A stretch of DNA of 64,000 bases from an uncultured cyanobacterium (GCA_963749915.1 CAVVOP010000027.1:90609-154608), one strand, 5' to 3'; positions 53,702-64,000 are shown, counted from the stretch's first letter. Notes: generated from the letters alone by a model not told the origin. Numbers and translations are program-made.

Positions 53702-55540
53702 ATGATGATTCGCATTCTACTGGTCGATGACCAAAAGTCCATTCTGGAATATCTTAAGGCTTTACTAAAGCCAAAACGGGATTTGAAAATAGTCGGAACA
53801 GCAAATAATGGTTATACTGCCATTGAACAAGTAGCACAATTACAGCCTGATGTGGTAATTATGGACATAGGAATGCCTGGTTTAGATGGAATAAGTGCGA
53901 CTAAAATTATCTGCCAAAAATTTAAAGATACCAAAGTTATCGTTTTGAGCGGCTACGACAACGATGACTATGTTCATCAATGTTTAAGTGCAGGATCAAT
54001 GGGCTATTTACTCAAAGATGTCGTGACACCTGAAGAAATTATAGAAACAATTCGTTTTGTACATAAAGGCTATGCTCACTATGCTCGAATCGAGCCTGAA
54101 TTAATCAAAAAAATTATTTCTCAGGTTGCTGTCACTAATTCGGTAACTTCTTCCTCAATACCTAACCAAACTAATAATGATAATCAACAATACCCGAAGC
54201 TAGAGATGGCAAACAACTCCCTCAATGGTTTTCACGCTGAAAATGTTGGCGAAATAGTACAGCAAAAACCAGAACAACAAGCTATCTCTAACATCGTTTC
54301 CCCAGAAACAACCCATAAAATTGGCTGGCGTCAACTGCTATTTTTGCTTATTTTTGCGGTCAGTGTCACTTTTGGTATTTATTTTGTTCGTCAAAAAATT
54401 AGAGAACCTTTACTTTCTTTAAGTAAATTACAACAAAAGGCGACCCTAGGCGACACGGAATTTACCGGCAAAATCAGCCCGGTGAAATCTTTTAAGATTG
54501 CGGCCACCACCCCCTCGGTAGTAGAAGAAATCTATGTACAAATTGGTGATTTAGTTCAAGTTGGTCAACCTTTGCTAATTCTCAAAAATCTTGAAGCTGA
54601 AAAACTTAAGGAGCAGATTTTAGCTCAAAGACAGACGGCGATGGAACAACAGCAGCTGGTTCTTCAACAACAGCAAATAGCAGAAAAACAAATCCTAGAA
54701 CTAGAACAAAAAATTGCATACTATCAAAAAAATTTAGTACCTCTTCAGGCTCAAATCGCCGAGGCAGACTTGCGTGTCTCCTTGGTCAAAACTCGTACTG
54801 AACAACTACCCTTGCGTCAGCGACAAGACTCCATAGAAAGAACCAAAGCCATTTACCAAAGGTCTTTGAATCGTTACAAACGCTTTGAACAACTTTACGA
54901 AAATGGGGCGATCTCCCAAGATGAGTTAGAACAGCTAGAGTCCGATTTAAGTGTTGCCAAAACAGATTTCGAAATGGCTCAGAAAGCGGCCGCAACAACT
55001 AAAGAACTTGAGCAAGTTCAAGAAGCTCAATTACAACTCAAACGCCAATTATCAATTCAAGATCAACAACAACAAATTAGACAGCTAGAAGACCAATTAC
55101 GAGCTACTCGTTTACAAGCTCGACAAGCTCAAGAAAGGATAGAATTACTCCGTCAGCAATCAGCAGAATTATTAAAGCAAAAAACCCCAGAAGTTAAAAT
55201 TCCGGTAAAAGCGACTATTCCCGGAGTAGTGGTTGAATTACCAGTGACCATTGGTGAGCAAATTTTTCTGGGAAATATTTTAGTCAATATGGCACAAATG
55301 AAAAAACTTAAGGTGGAAATTCCCATCAAAGCTAGTCTGATTAATGCTGTACTTCCAGGTCAACAAGGGATGGTTAAAGTAGGTGTTGGTTCAGAATCCC
55401 AAGAATTTCCTGCCACCATCACTACCATTAATCCTCTTCCTAATGAGCAACTTAACCACATAGTTGAGGTACAGTTTGAAAATACTGATAATTTATTATT
55501 AGTTGGTCAATTGGCAGCAGTTCATTTTCTACCGAATTAA
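53702..55540 (+). CDS. response-regulator receiver domain fused to a HlyD-type membrane fusion protein
   Basis: ILLVDD, MDIGMPGLDG, GYLLK; one TM; biotinyl-like V.IGD.V..GQPL, coiled coil, V.A.IPG.V. Confidence 0.85.
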   Translation: MMIRILLVDDQKSILEYLKALLKPKRDLKIVGTANNGYTAIEQVAQLQPDVVIMDIGMPGLDGISATKIICQKFKDTKVIVLSGYDNDDYVHQCLSAGSMGYLLKDVVTPEEIIETIRFVHKGYAHYARIEPELIKKIISQVAVTNSVTSSSIPNQTNNDNQQYPKLEMANNSLNGFHAENVGEIVQQKPEQQAISNIVSPETTHKIGWRQLLFLLIFAVSVTFGIYFVRQKIREPLLSLSKLQQKATLGDTEFTGKISPVKSFKIAATTPSVVEEIYVQIGDLVQVGQPLLILKNLEAEKLKEQILAQRQTAMEQQQLVLQQQQIAEKQILELEQKIAYYQKNLVPLQAQIAEADLRVSLVKTRTEQLPLRQRQDSIERTKAIYQRSLNRYKRFEQLYENGAISQDELEQLESDLSVAKTDFEMAQKAAATTKELEQVQEAQLQLKRQLSIQDQQQQIRQLEDQLRATRLQARQAQERIELLRQQSAELLKQKTPEVKIPVKATIPGVVVELPVTIGEQIFLGNILVNMAQMKKLKVEIPIKASLINAVLPGQQGMVKVGVGSESQEFPATITTINPLPNEQLNHIVEVQFENTDNLLLVGQLAAVHFLPN

Positions 55541-55546
55541 TTATCA

Positions 55547-57061
55547 ATGAAGCACAGCACTGTATTGCTTACTACTGAAGGTACTTATCCTTTCCATAAA
55601 GGGGGAGTTGGCACTTGGTGTCATGTACTCACAACCCAGTTACCAGAAATTGATTTTAAAATATTTGCCATCGTCGCAAACCCTTACTTAAAAGAGCATT
55701 ACGAATTAACTCCTAACATAAAGCAAGTTATTAAAGTTCCACTGTGGGGAATAGATGATCCTGTGGAATACTCCTGGCGTCACCCTTTTTCTCAAGCATT
55801 TAAAAGTAAAATAAAGACTGGAGAAACTACTATTACTCAGAAGTTTATCCCTCTTTTTCAGAGCTTCTTAGAAGCTATTGTCTTTCAGGATGTGGAAATA
55901 GACCGGCTTGGGGGAATTCTTGTCGGTCTCTATGAGTATTTTCAAGTCTATGACTATCACAAGACCATGACATCACCACAGGTCTGGCATAGCTTCCAAG
56001 ATTTTAGCTTAAATTGGTTAGCCTCTAATGATCAAGAAACACCCCTACTGGTTGATGTAACAGAATCAATGCGTCTGCTGTATCGTTTTCTGATTACTAT
56101 CCATGTACCCGTACCTCACACAGATATTACTCATTCCTCTGCAGCCGCTTTTTGTGGTTTGCCCTGCGTTATTGCAAAATTACAAAGAGGTACACCCTAT
56201 CTGTTAACTGAACATGGAATCAATATTAGGGAGCAATATCTGAACTTAAATCGTAGTATTCCCTCAGCCTTTGTGCGTCGGTTTCTCTACCGCTTAATGG
56301 CTTCCGTGGTTAAGCTAAATTATCATTATGCTGATCAAATCTCTCCCGTATGCGAATACAACGCACGTTGGGAACGTTGGTGGGGTGTACCGGCCGAAAA
56401 GATTAAGGTCATTTATAATGGTGCAGACCCCGAAAAATTTCATCCCACACCCCCAGTTGAGAAAGCACGACCTCAGGTGATGAATATGGGTTTAATTTTT
56501 CCCCTCAAAGGTCAACTAGATTTGATTGAAGCGGCTGCTATTGTTCGGGAAAAAATTTCTGATGTGGAGTTTCGCTTTTATGGAAAGGCTTCTGATGAAG
56601 AATATTTTGCTCAATGTCAAAAATTGGTCGAGAAATATCATCTGGAAAAAACGATTAACTGGGCTGGTTTTACCAGTGAACCTTGGCGAGCTTATAGTGA
56701 GGCTGATGTGGTTGCCATGGCAAGTATTTCCGAGGGCTTTCCCTATGCCGTCATTGAAGCAATGCTCTCGGGTGCTACCATTGTCTCGACGGATGTAGGT
56801 GGTGTAAGTGAGGCTCTAGGAGATACAGGGCTACTGGTACAGGCTAATCGTCCCCAAGAACTGGCCGCGGCAATTTTGAAATTATTGCAATTGTCTGATT
56901 CTCAGCGACGAGAATTTGGTCAACGGGCCTGCAATCGAGCCTTAAAGTTGTTTACTCAACAGAAATTTTTAGCGGAACATCAGAATAGCTATTCTCAGTT
57001 GATTAAGGGCTTGCCGAGTAAAAATGTAACAATACCATTGAGGAACAAAATACGACATTAG
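55547..57061 (+). CDS. pelF: GT4 glycosyltransferase PelF (DUF3492 + GT4)
   Basis: EGTYP...GGV..W, LTEHG...RE, SISEGFP...EAM, TDVGG. Confidence 0.88.
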   Translation: MKHSTVLLTTEGTYPFHKGGVGTWCHVLTTQLPEIDFKIFAIVANPYLKEHYELTPNIKQVIKVPLWGIDDPVEYSWRHPFSQAFKSKIKTGETTITQKFIPLFQSFLEAIVFQDVEIDRLGGILVGLYEYFQVYDYHKTMTSPQVWHSFQDFSLNWLASNDQETPLLVDVTESMRLLYRFLITIHVPVPHTDITHSSAAAFCGLPCVIAKLQRGTPYLLTEHGINIREQYLNLNRSIPSAFVRRFLYRLMASVVKLNYHYADQISPVCEYNARWERWWGVPAEKIKVIYNGADPEKFHPTPPVEKARPQVMNMGLIFPLKGQLDLIEAAAIVREKISDVEFRFYGKASDEEYFAQCQKLVEKYHLEKTINWAGFTSEPWRAYSEADVVAMASISEGFPYAVIEAMLSGATIVSTDVGGVSEALGDTGLLVQANRPQELAAAILKLLQLSDSQRREFGQRACNRALKLFTQQKFLAEHQNSYSQLIKGLPSKNVTIPLRNKIRH

Positions 57062-57125
57062 CTTGTTAACACTGCTAGGAAAACTAACACAAATAAGATT
57101 TTGGAAAAAATACAGAGCTTTTTCA

Positions 57126-58721
57126 ATGAATAAACCACAATATGCCAACCGAACAAAAACACCTTCTTCCGTTGTGGGAATGACTCCACAACCCCCAAAA
57201 CTAGGAAAATTAATTAGGGCAGTAGCAAAGGTTAGTCCACAATTAGCTGACCATTGGCAAGCCACAGCAATTATAGAATCTCTGGGGTACACCGATCGCA
57301 TAATAGAAAAAGAGTTCGGATTTAGTGATGCTTTATCTCTGGGTTGCTACGTTTATGAGCATTCTCAAAACTCTTTAAAAGTTAAACCAAATTTCCGTCA
57401 GACTAATTATCTTCGCAAAATTTTTCAGGAATTGTGCATTTTTGCCGACCAATTCTCTCGTAGTTTTGTTTATGCCGTCCCATTATTGGTGATTTTGTTT
57501 CTAGAATATCTAGAGTTAGGTCATCAAGAATCCTTACTTGCTCCTGATCTAGCCTCACTGCTGACAATCTCAACAATGGCAAGTCTATGCTCTAGTGGTG
57601 GATTTGTGCAAATGATTAGCCGTCGTGGTGAATTTTACCTCAGGCTAGGTGAGCCATTGCAAGCTCAACGGGTTTGTTTACCACTTCTCTATATTGGTTT
57701 TGCCACCAGTATTATTCTCAGTTTTGCAGGACTTTGGTTCGGTTTTTATCGTGGTCTTTTTGCCGATGATTATCTGATTCTAGCTACCATTTACTATCTA
57801 ATGCTCAGTTTGCTGTGGATGCTTTTAGCAACTCTATCCATTCAATTACGCTGGAGTACCCCGATAATTCTTCTAGGTTTAAGTGTCCTTTTCATCTATT
57901 TAAGAGTTGATCTTGCCATGGATGCCATAGTTGCACAACTATTAGCTATGTCTGTTACTTTAGCCGTGGCCATCGCCTTAGTAACCTTCCTTTTTCAAAA
58001 AAACAAACGTGAAACTCATCCCCAACAGGTTAAATTACCTCATTTAAGTGCACTTGTTTATTTACTCGCTCCCTATTTCTTTTATGGAGTAGCTTATTTT
58101 AGCTTTATTTTTGCCGATCGCATCGTGGCGGGTTTAGCCATTGATCCGGTTTCAGGACTACTTTTTGGTATCGATTCTCAATATCAAAGAGGCATGGATT
58201 TGGCTTTACTTAATTTTTTATTGCTTGTGCCATTGGTAGAATATTTGAGCTATAAATTAATTCTTTATTGGTACAATCAGGCAAAATTATTAAAATTAGG
58301 GCTAACTGACCATTTCTCCCGCCAACTAAGTCATCGCTACCATCTCATAATTGTGATTACAACCATGCTTTTTCTCCTTTCCGTATTACTAACAGTGGGA
58401 ATGCTCAAGCCTAGCAGTTGGGGAAGAATGGAAACTATTCAAGCCCTTGTAGGTTGTTTAGGTTATTTATTTTTTGTCATTGGTTTATTGAATGCCATCC
58501 TGCTGTTCAGCTTAAATCAAGCGATTGCAGTGATTCAAACTCTGATACCTTCACTAATCCTCAATCTGATGCTCGGTTATCTGTTCGCCCATCTCATTGG
58601 AGTTTATTCTGCTGCTATCGGTTTACTCTTGGGAGCGGTAATCTTTATGGTATTGTCTGGAAGAAAAGTTTTCCACTGCATTGCCAAACCCGAATATGTT
58701 TACTATTTAGGTGGATATTAG
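57126..58721 (+). CDS. PelG-like polysaccharide exporter / polytopic membrane protein
   Basis: About 12 TM segments directly after pelF; F.DR motif; C-terminal YYL; alternative start at 57063. Confidence 0.6.
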   Translation: MNKPQYANRTKTPSSVVGMTPQPPKLGKLIRAVAKVSPQLADHWQATAIIESLGYTDRIIEKEFGFSDALSLGCYVYEHSQNSLKVKPNFRQTNYLRKIFQELCIFADQFSRSFVYAVPLLVILFLEYLELGHQESLLAPDLASLLTISTMASLCSSGGFVQMISRRGEFYLRLGEPLQAQRVCLPLLYIGFATSIILSFAGLWFGFYRGLFADDYLILATIYYLMLSLLWMLLATLSIQLRWSTPIILLGLSVLFIYLRVDLAMDAIVAQLLAMSVTLAVAIALVTFLFQKNKRETHPQQVKLPHLSALVYLLAPYFFYGVAYFSFIFADRIVAGLAIDPVSGLLFGIDSQYQRGMDLALLNFLLLVPLVEYLSYKLILYWYNQAKLLKLGLTDHFSRQLSHRYHLIIVITTMLFLLSVLLTVGMLKPSSWGRMETIQALVGCLGYLFFVIGLLNAILLFSLNQAIAVIQTLIPSLILNLMLGYLFAHLIGVYSAAIGLLLGAVIFMVLSGRKVFHCIAKPEYVYYLGGY

Positions 58722-58787
58722 ACCCCATAATGTTCGGTTAAGATGGAATTACCCTCAATACTGCGAGGGTTTTGGAAATATTATTGT

Positions 58788-60036
58788 CACGACTTGGCAA
58801 TTTTACAAAGAAAAGAAAGTAAAAAGATAGTACGATAAAAAAATTGAGAGAAAAAAACAATTGAGTGATGATACCTCTAGTAGGAGTGCCTAAATCAATA
58901 GCGAAGTCTTTACAGAAATATAGACAGTTATTTAAGCGAGAAAAAGCATTTGAAACGGTGAGTCGTTTTATTACAGGTTTAATACTCAGTCCCAACAAAA
59001 CATTAGAAGCTATACATTCACAGCAAGTGTGGGAAGAGGGCAAAGAAATAAAAAGAAGAGCGATGCATCATGCAGTATTTGAAGCCCCATGGAACAGCGA
59101 AGAAATAATGCCCCAACATAGAGAAATCATAGCGTCAGACCACAGAGGTAAAGGGCAAGAAGTGATCAGCTTAGATTGGACATTAAGTCATCATGAGAAA
59201 GGAGAAAAAATCTATGGTGTGAAGAAGCTCTATGATTATGTAGAAGGAAAAATGAGTCGCTACCAAACAGTTGTAACCGCAACCATAGCCAATCAAGAAA
59301 TTATTGATGGAATCGAAGTAGTGGTGCAAGAACCTAACTATGAAAAGGAAGAATTAGACTATTTAAAAATGACTTATCAAGAAAGTTATGAACAAATGGA
59401 GCAGGTCAGAGAAAGACTAAGTGAGCTATTTTATTATCAAAAAAATCGTTTGGCTTATCGTAAAAGAACTGAAATTGCTGTGGATATAGTCAAAGAAATC
59501 GAGAAAGAAGGTCAGTTTCCCGAAGCCAACTATGCTTTTGATAACGGAGTATTAACTCTTGCGTTGACGGAAGTAATTGAACAATCGGGAAAACATTGGG
59601 TCAGTGAAATCGAAAAAAATCGTAATATTAATTGGAAAGGAAGTTGGACTAGAGTCGATGTGATAGCAGAAGAGTTGAAAAAAACTAGTCCCTCTAGCTT
59701 TCGTCAGTTTGCCAAACAAATAACTGGATTGGAGTCTTCTCAGGTACGCAACTCCGAAGCGGTAAAACGCCACTTTCGTTTGAGTTGTGTAGCGCAGTCT
59801 TTGCTTCAAAGAGTTGCTTGTGCTGGTCAGAAATCGGAAAAATTTAAGTTTGCGAAGGAAAAGCAAACTATTGGTCAACATCTTTATTCTTTGAACCGTG
59901 AAGCATTGGGACAATTATTATCTTTAGCTCAGGGTCTATTTGCTCAAGGTCAATCTTGTCAGGACATTTTGGAGGTAATTATGCCTACTTAAAATCATTT
60001 TATTCTCTATTTCAATCTCAATTTTGCCAAGTCGTG
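58788..60036 (+). mobile_element. IS701-like insertion sequence, internally deleted
   Basis: 13-bp TIRs CACGACTTGGCAA and TTGCCAAGTCGTG; TATTGT target duplication at 58782-58787 and 60037-60042. Confidence 0.85.
58865..59992 (+). pseudogene. DDE transposase (IS701-like), probably lacking the third catalytic segment
   Basis: LDWT and FDNG motifs; SSFRQF joins directly to AKQITGLESSQVR without a W..E.F motif. Confidence 0.7.
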
Positions 60037-60437
60037 TATTGTCGGCTTGGGGAGTTCGGAGAGGTCGCTTCGCTCCTGCCGCAAGCGGGGCGGAGTTCGG
60101 AGTTCGGAGTTGATTTACAATATAAGGGTCATGTCAAAGTTCCAATGGTTTCAAGGAACGCACCCTACTAAGGCGATCGCACTCAACCCAACCTACGGGC
60201 GATGCGATCGCACTAATTCCGACAAGACGATCGGTTTTTCAAATTATCAATCTCTAACCAGAAAACTAATTAGAAGCAGAGCAAATCTTGAGCACGCGAT
60301 CGCCTTAATCATCAGATTAAATGATCCTTATTTAATTGCGATCGCCTTCAAACTACTATTGGCGTTACAATAGAATCAGCTCCTAAGACGATCACCTGTT
60401 TTTCTGTTAGATAGATCACCGGAAAAACCTAAGCAAG

Positions 60438-61307
60438 ATGAGTTATGATAGTATTCTCAAATTCTGGATTGATGAATATACTCAACCGATTTTGAGTTGG
60501 TTGTTGAATACTCCTGTTGAAGAAAAGATAGAAATCCTCAAAACCGAGTTAAATGTCGAACCAATTAGGGCTGATGGGGTATTTTTCTTACAAGTAGGGA
60601 ACAAAGTTATTCATCTAGAATTTCAAACTAATCCTCAATCAGAGCCGCCTTTACCGTTAAGAATGTTGGATTATTGGGTGCGTTTATACCGCATCTATGA
60701 ACAAGAAAAAGAGATTGAACAAGTAGTTATCTTCCTGAAACCAACGACATCAGAGAAAGTCTTTGAAGATAGTTTTCAAGTGGGAAATACGATTCATCGC
60801 TATCGAGTGATTAGAATCTGGGAATGTGATCCCACTCCGTTACTGTCTCAACCAGAATTGCTACCATTGGCAGTGTTAGCCAAAAGTGAGCAACCAGAAG
60901 AGCTATTATCCCAGGTAGCAGAAAGAATAGATAGAATAGAGAACAAAAGAAAACAAAGTAATCTTGCTGCCTGTGTTGAGTTATTAGCCGGAATCAATTA
61001 TTCAGAGGAATTAATGGCGATGTATTTACAAGAAGATATTTTACGAGAATCGGTTATTTATCAAAAAATTCTTAATCAAGGAATCAAACAGGGAATCGAA
61101 CAGGGAATCGAACAGGGAATCGAACAAGGTGAAGCATCCTTAATTATCCGAATCCTATCACGACGTTTTGGGAAAGTTGACGGAGCGATAGAAGAACGCA
61201 TTCGCCAACTGTCAGTGCCTCAGTTAGAAGAGCTAGGAGAAAGTTTGTTAGATTTCTCTAGTTTGAGCGATTTGCTCTCTTGGCTAGAAAAAACTAGTTC
61301 TGCTTGA
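60438..61307 (+). CDS. Rpn family PD-(D/E)XK nuclease with DUF4351 C-terminus
   Basis: IRAD, HLEFQT, RMLDY, (GIEQ)n, LEELGE.LLDF. Confidence 0.88.
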   Translation: MSYDSILKFWIDEYTQPILSWLLNTPVEEKIEILKTELNVEPIRADGVFFLQVGNKVIHLEFQTNPQSEPPLPLRMLDYWVRLYRIYEQEKEIEQVVIFLKPTTSEKVFEDSFQVGNTIHRYRVIRIWECDPTPLLSQPELLPLAVLAKSEQPEELLSQVAERIDRIENKRKQSNLAACVELLAGINYSEELMAMYLQEDILRESVIYQKILNQGIKQGIEQGIEQGIEQGEASLIIRILSRRFGKVDGAIEERIRQLSVPQLEELGESLLDFSSLSDLLSWLEKTSSA

Positions 61308-61599
61308 GGTGGGATTTTGGCTAAATTATGGTTAATTTACCCCACAAGAGCTTGGCTAGAATATAGCTTTTTGGGTCTAAATGCTCAAAAAATCAAACAA
61401 TTAAAGCAGTTATCATCATTGTTATTAAAAAGGATTAACAAGAATGTCGAATCAGAGTGGAAGTTATACGTTTACCTTACGAAAAGCAACCCTTCTCTAA
61501 CTTTAAGGGCTAAAGTTTTTAGCCAACATTCCCAGTTGGTTTAATCTCCATTTGATTATACTATTGAGAATGTAAGTATGGAAAAGTTTATATGAAATA

Positions 61600-61691
61600 A
61601 TACCAATTTCATTTAATTATGCAACAGATTAATTTTAGGGGTGCAAGGCTTGTGCGCAAAAAAGTGTAGCAATATTTTTTGAAATTGGTAT
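61600..61691. mobile_element. short MITE-like inverted-repeat element
   Basis: ATACCAATTTCA and TGAAATTGGTAT 12-bp inverted termini. Confidence 0.6.
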
Positions 61692-61710
61692 AATGCCGAG
61701 CCTCCTCGCT

Positions 61711-62598
61711 TCAGTCCCACGTAAACTCTTTCTGTAGAAGCTCAAACAGGGCAAGATTATGTTCTCGGTAAAATGATTTCAGCAACATATAGTCGTTCTG
61801 CAATATGCTATCTTCGTACGTCCCCACAAAACGCGGCATTAACTCGGACTGAGTCCAGAAATGTGGTTCCAGCCCAACGAATGCTTCGATCTGCCGGAGT
61901 TGCCCCTTAGTGTCTTGTTTCAGGTCTTCACTCGAAACGACCAAAATCTGATTTCGGGAAAAGCAATCACAGTAATATTTGAGATGTCGATGATACATCC
62001 CAAGTAGTAGGATCGGCATCTCAATCATTCGACCGCACTCAACTGCCTCGATCTCGTCAGCTATATCTTTCTGGAAGTTCTGACCGAAATCAGATGGTCG
62101 TCTTACAAAAAAGTCGCGTTGGACAGTGGAATCACATCTTCGCACCCAGTCGTAGAACCAATCTTGATTGCTAACGTGCTTTTTCCGGTACATTTGCCAG
62201 GCAGAATGCGCACGTGTGATTGGATTTCGGAGTAGAACGATGAGGCGAATGTTCGGGTTGTAGTCGTAGATACGCTTGGCTGCGCGTTGAGCTGCGCCTA
62301 GATAACCAGGAGTAATATCGAATGTCAGTTTCCCGCTATTCGCTGGAGTTCTGCGTGGAAAATGGGAATGATAGAAACTGATTCCGCGGGAAAAGCGAGA
62401 ATTGCAGTTGAAGAAATCGATTTCCTTGATATTCGATGGGGCGACATTAGGGTTACATGAGAGGTAATGATAAAGAGCTGTAGTACCTGCTTTCTGTGCA
62501 CCTATACAGATCGCAGAGGGCTTGAGCGGAGGAAAAGCCTGCTCCAACAGAGTCCATGCCTTGTTCCTCAAGTAGCGAAGCTGTTTACCTAATCTCAT
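61711..62598 (-). CDS. PAPS-dependent sulfotransferase
   Basis: IGAQKAGTT (5'-PSB loop), KEIDFF, TPGY, LRNPITRAHS (3'-PB). Confidence 0.88.
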   Translation of the reverse strand: MRLGKQLRYLRNKAWTLLEQAFPPLKPSAICIGAQKAGTTALYHYLSCNPNVAPSNIKEIDFFNCNSRFSRGISFYHSHFPRRTPANSGKLTFDITPGYLGAAQRAAKRIYDYNPNIRLIVLLRNPITRAHSAWQMYRKKHVSNQDWFYDWVRRCDSTVQRDFFVRRPSDFGQNFQKDIADEIEAVECGRMIEMPILLLGMYHRHLKYYCDCFSRNQILVVSSEDLKQDTKGQLRQIEAFVGLEPHFWTQSELMPRFVGTYEDSILQNDYMLLKSFYREHNLALFELLQKEFTWD

Positions 62599-62662
62599 CG
62601 ATACTACTCCCTATCCTTAGCAATAATTTCTAGAGTTTCTTGACTGTTTATAATCCATTCCT

Positions 62663-62755
62663 TAAGCAGGTGGACAAATTTAATTAAACGTTAGAATCTC
62701 TGGAACCCAAAACCGGCAGGGATCTACTTTCAAATTTATATTGTCCACCTGTTTA
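62663..62755. mobile_element. short MITE-like inverted-repeat element
   Basis: TAAGCAGGTGGACAA and TTGTCCACCTGTTTA inverted termini. Confidence 0.55.
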
Positions 62756-62903
62756 TTATACTTTAATAAGTTGACTATTGTTATCAATTAAAAGTTGAAG
62801 GTTCATACTATGGCGATCGCTTGGTTGAATAAGCTTAATATTTTTGAGCGGAAGATGATCGCCCCTTGCAACTAAATAGTTTAGATAAGCAAATAAAAAA
62901 AAT

Positions 62904-63750
62904 ATGACAAATGTGATACTTGCTTCCCAGCAAACTCTTCCCGATCATACCCAATTACCCGAGTCAGACGGTACCTTTGTGAAAAATTTTCAAGAACATC
63001 CCCAGAGCGTTTTACTTACCTCATCGATTTGGTCTAGACTACAGGAGATTCACCCAGATGGACAATTTTGTCTTGGTCAAGATAGTGGCATCTATTGGCA
63101 GATTACTGAGCCACCAGAGAAAGGCGCAGAAGCACCAGATTGGTTTTATGTGCCAGATGTTCCACCTACAATAGATGGACAAATACGTCGTTCTTATGTA
63201 ATGTGGCAAGAATTAGTTGCTCCTCTAATTGTCCTCGAATTTGTGTCCGGAAATGGGGCAGAGGAAAGAGATAAAACGCCTTACCGAGGTAAGTTCTGGG
63301 TCTATGAAAAAGCAATTCGCGTTCCGTTCTATGGAATTTATGAAGTCAAGAAAGCAAGTATTGAGCTATATCATTTGCTTGAGGGAAAGTACGAACAAGT
63401 GCCAGAAAATGAGCGAGGACATTATCCGATTATCCCTTTAGGGTTAGAATTAGGGATTTGGCAAGGAACTTATCAAAATGTAGAATTACCTTGGTTGCGC
63501 TGGTGGACAATGGAGGGAGAGCTTTTGCTGACAGGAGAAAGAAAAAGCCGAGCAAGAAAAGCAACGGGCTGAACAGGAAAAGCAACGGGCTGAACAGGAA
63601 AAGCAACGGGCTGAACAAGAAAAGCAACGTGCTGAACAGGAAAAGCAACGTGCTGAACAAGAAAAGCAACGGGCAGATAAAGAGAAAAGAGAAAATGAGA
63701 GATTAAGGGAATTATTAAAACAAGCAGGCATAGAAATTCCCCAGGAGTAA
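62904..63750 (+). CDS. Uma2 family protein with (AEQEKQR)n coiled-coil tail; +1 frameshift near 63540
   Basis: LPESDG, APDWFYVP, LEFVSG, WLRWW; the 21-bp repeat tail reads in another frame to TAA at 63750. Confidence 0.8.
63546..63677 (+). repeat. 21-bp tandem coding repeat
   Basis: gctgaacaRgaaaagcaacgK repeated about six times. Confidence 0.85.
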
Positions 63751-64000
63751 ATTATTGAACTAGAATCAAGTAGGCTGTGTTAGCGACAGCGTAACACACC
63801 GAACCCAAGGGTAACCTGAGTTCGGAGTTCAGAGAGTTCGCCTTCGGCTCGTACACTCCCTTCGGTCGTGAACGGAGTGCTGCTTCGCAGTCGTACCGAG
63901 CGGAGTTGATTTAGAAGGGGTTTAGCTTGGTTTACTAATCTACTTTTGGTTATTTTGTTATCGTTTTGTCCTAATTAATCAGATAAATTAAAATTGTTAA

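Noticed and set aside
63546..63677. CRISPR-like array
   Set aside because: Contiguous 21-bp coding repeats (AEQEKQR) with no unique spacers and no cas genes

Overview
AT-rich cyanobacterial chromosome segment. HIP1 GCGATCGC sites, clpR-clpP, an SLH porin and a PEP-CTERM gene are present; the style suggests Geminocystis/Cyanobacterium, but that is inference. The left ~38 kb is mostly housekeeping: clpR, clpP, lipB, UDP-GlcA decarboxylase, ugd, gnd, eda, lepA, uvrB, ald, rpsD, lnt, ppk2/pap, thiS, pgsA and a natC-like permease. It also holds a 48-aa AtpTheta (atpT)-like ORF below the ORF-track cutoff, decayed IS200/IS605 pieces, MITEs and a frameshifted GC-rich RTX gene. The right ~26 kb is accessory and contains the two main findings. 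(1) After a GC-rich katG comes a four-gene cassette (geranylgeranyl-reductase-family flavoprotein, extended SDR, CYP51-type P450, Rieske oxygenase). It resembles a sterol-tailoring module for C14/C4 demethylation and side-chain reduction, yet no squalene epoxidase or cyclase is in the window. (2) A Pel/galactosaminogalactan-like exopolysaccharide locus follows: GH135, a GalE fused to a tandem MshEN-like c-di-GMP motif, a deacetylase-cadherin-RTX protein, a REC-HlyD fusion, PelF and PelG-like genes. The window ends with an internally deleted IS701-type element, an Rpn-family gene, a sulfotransferase and a Uma2 gene. Several single-base frameshifts may be sequencing errors. All calls come from motif recognition by eye; no database searches were run.
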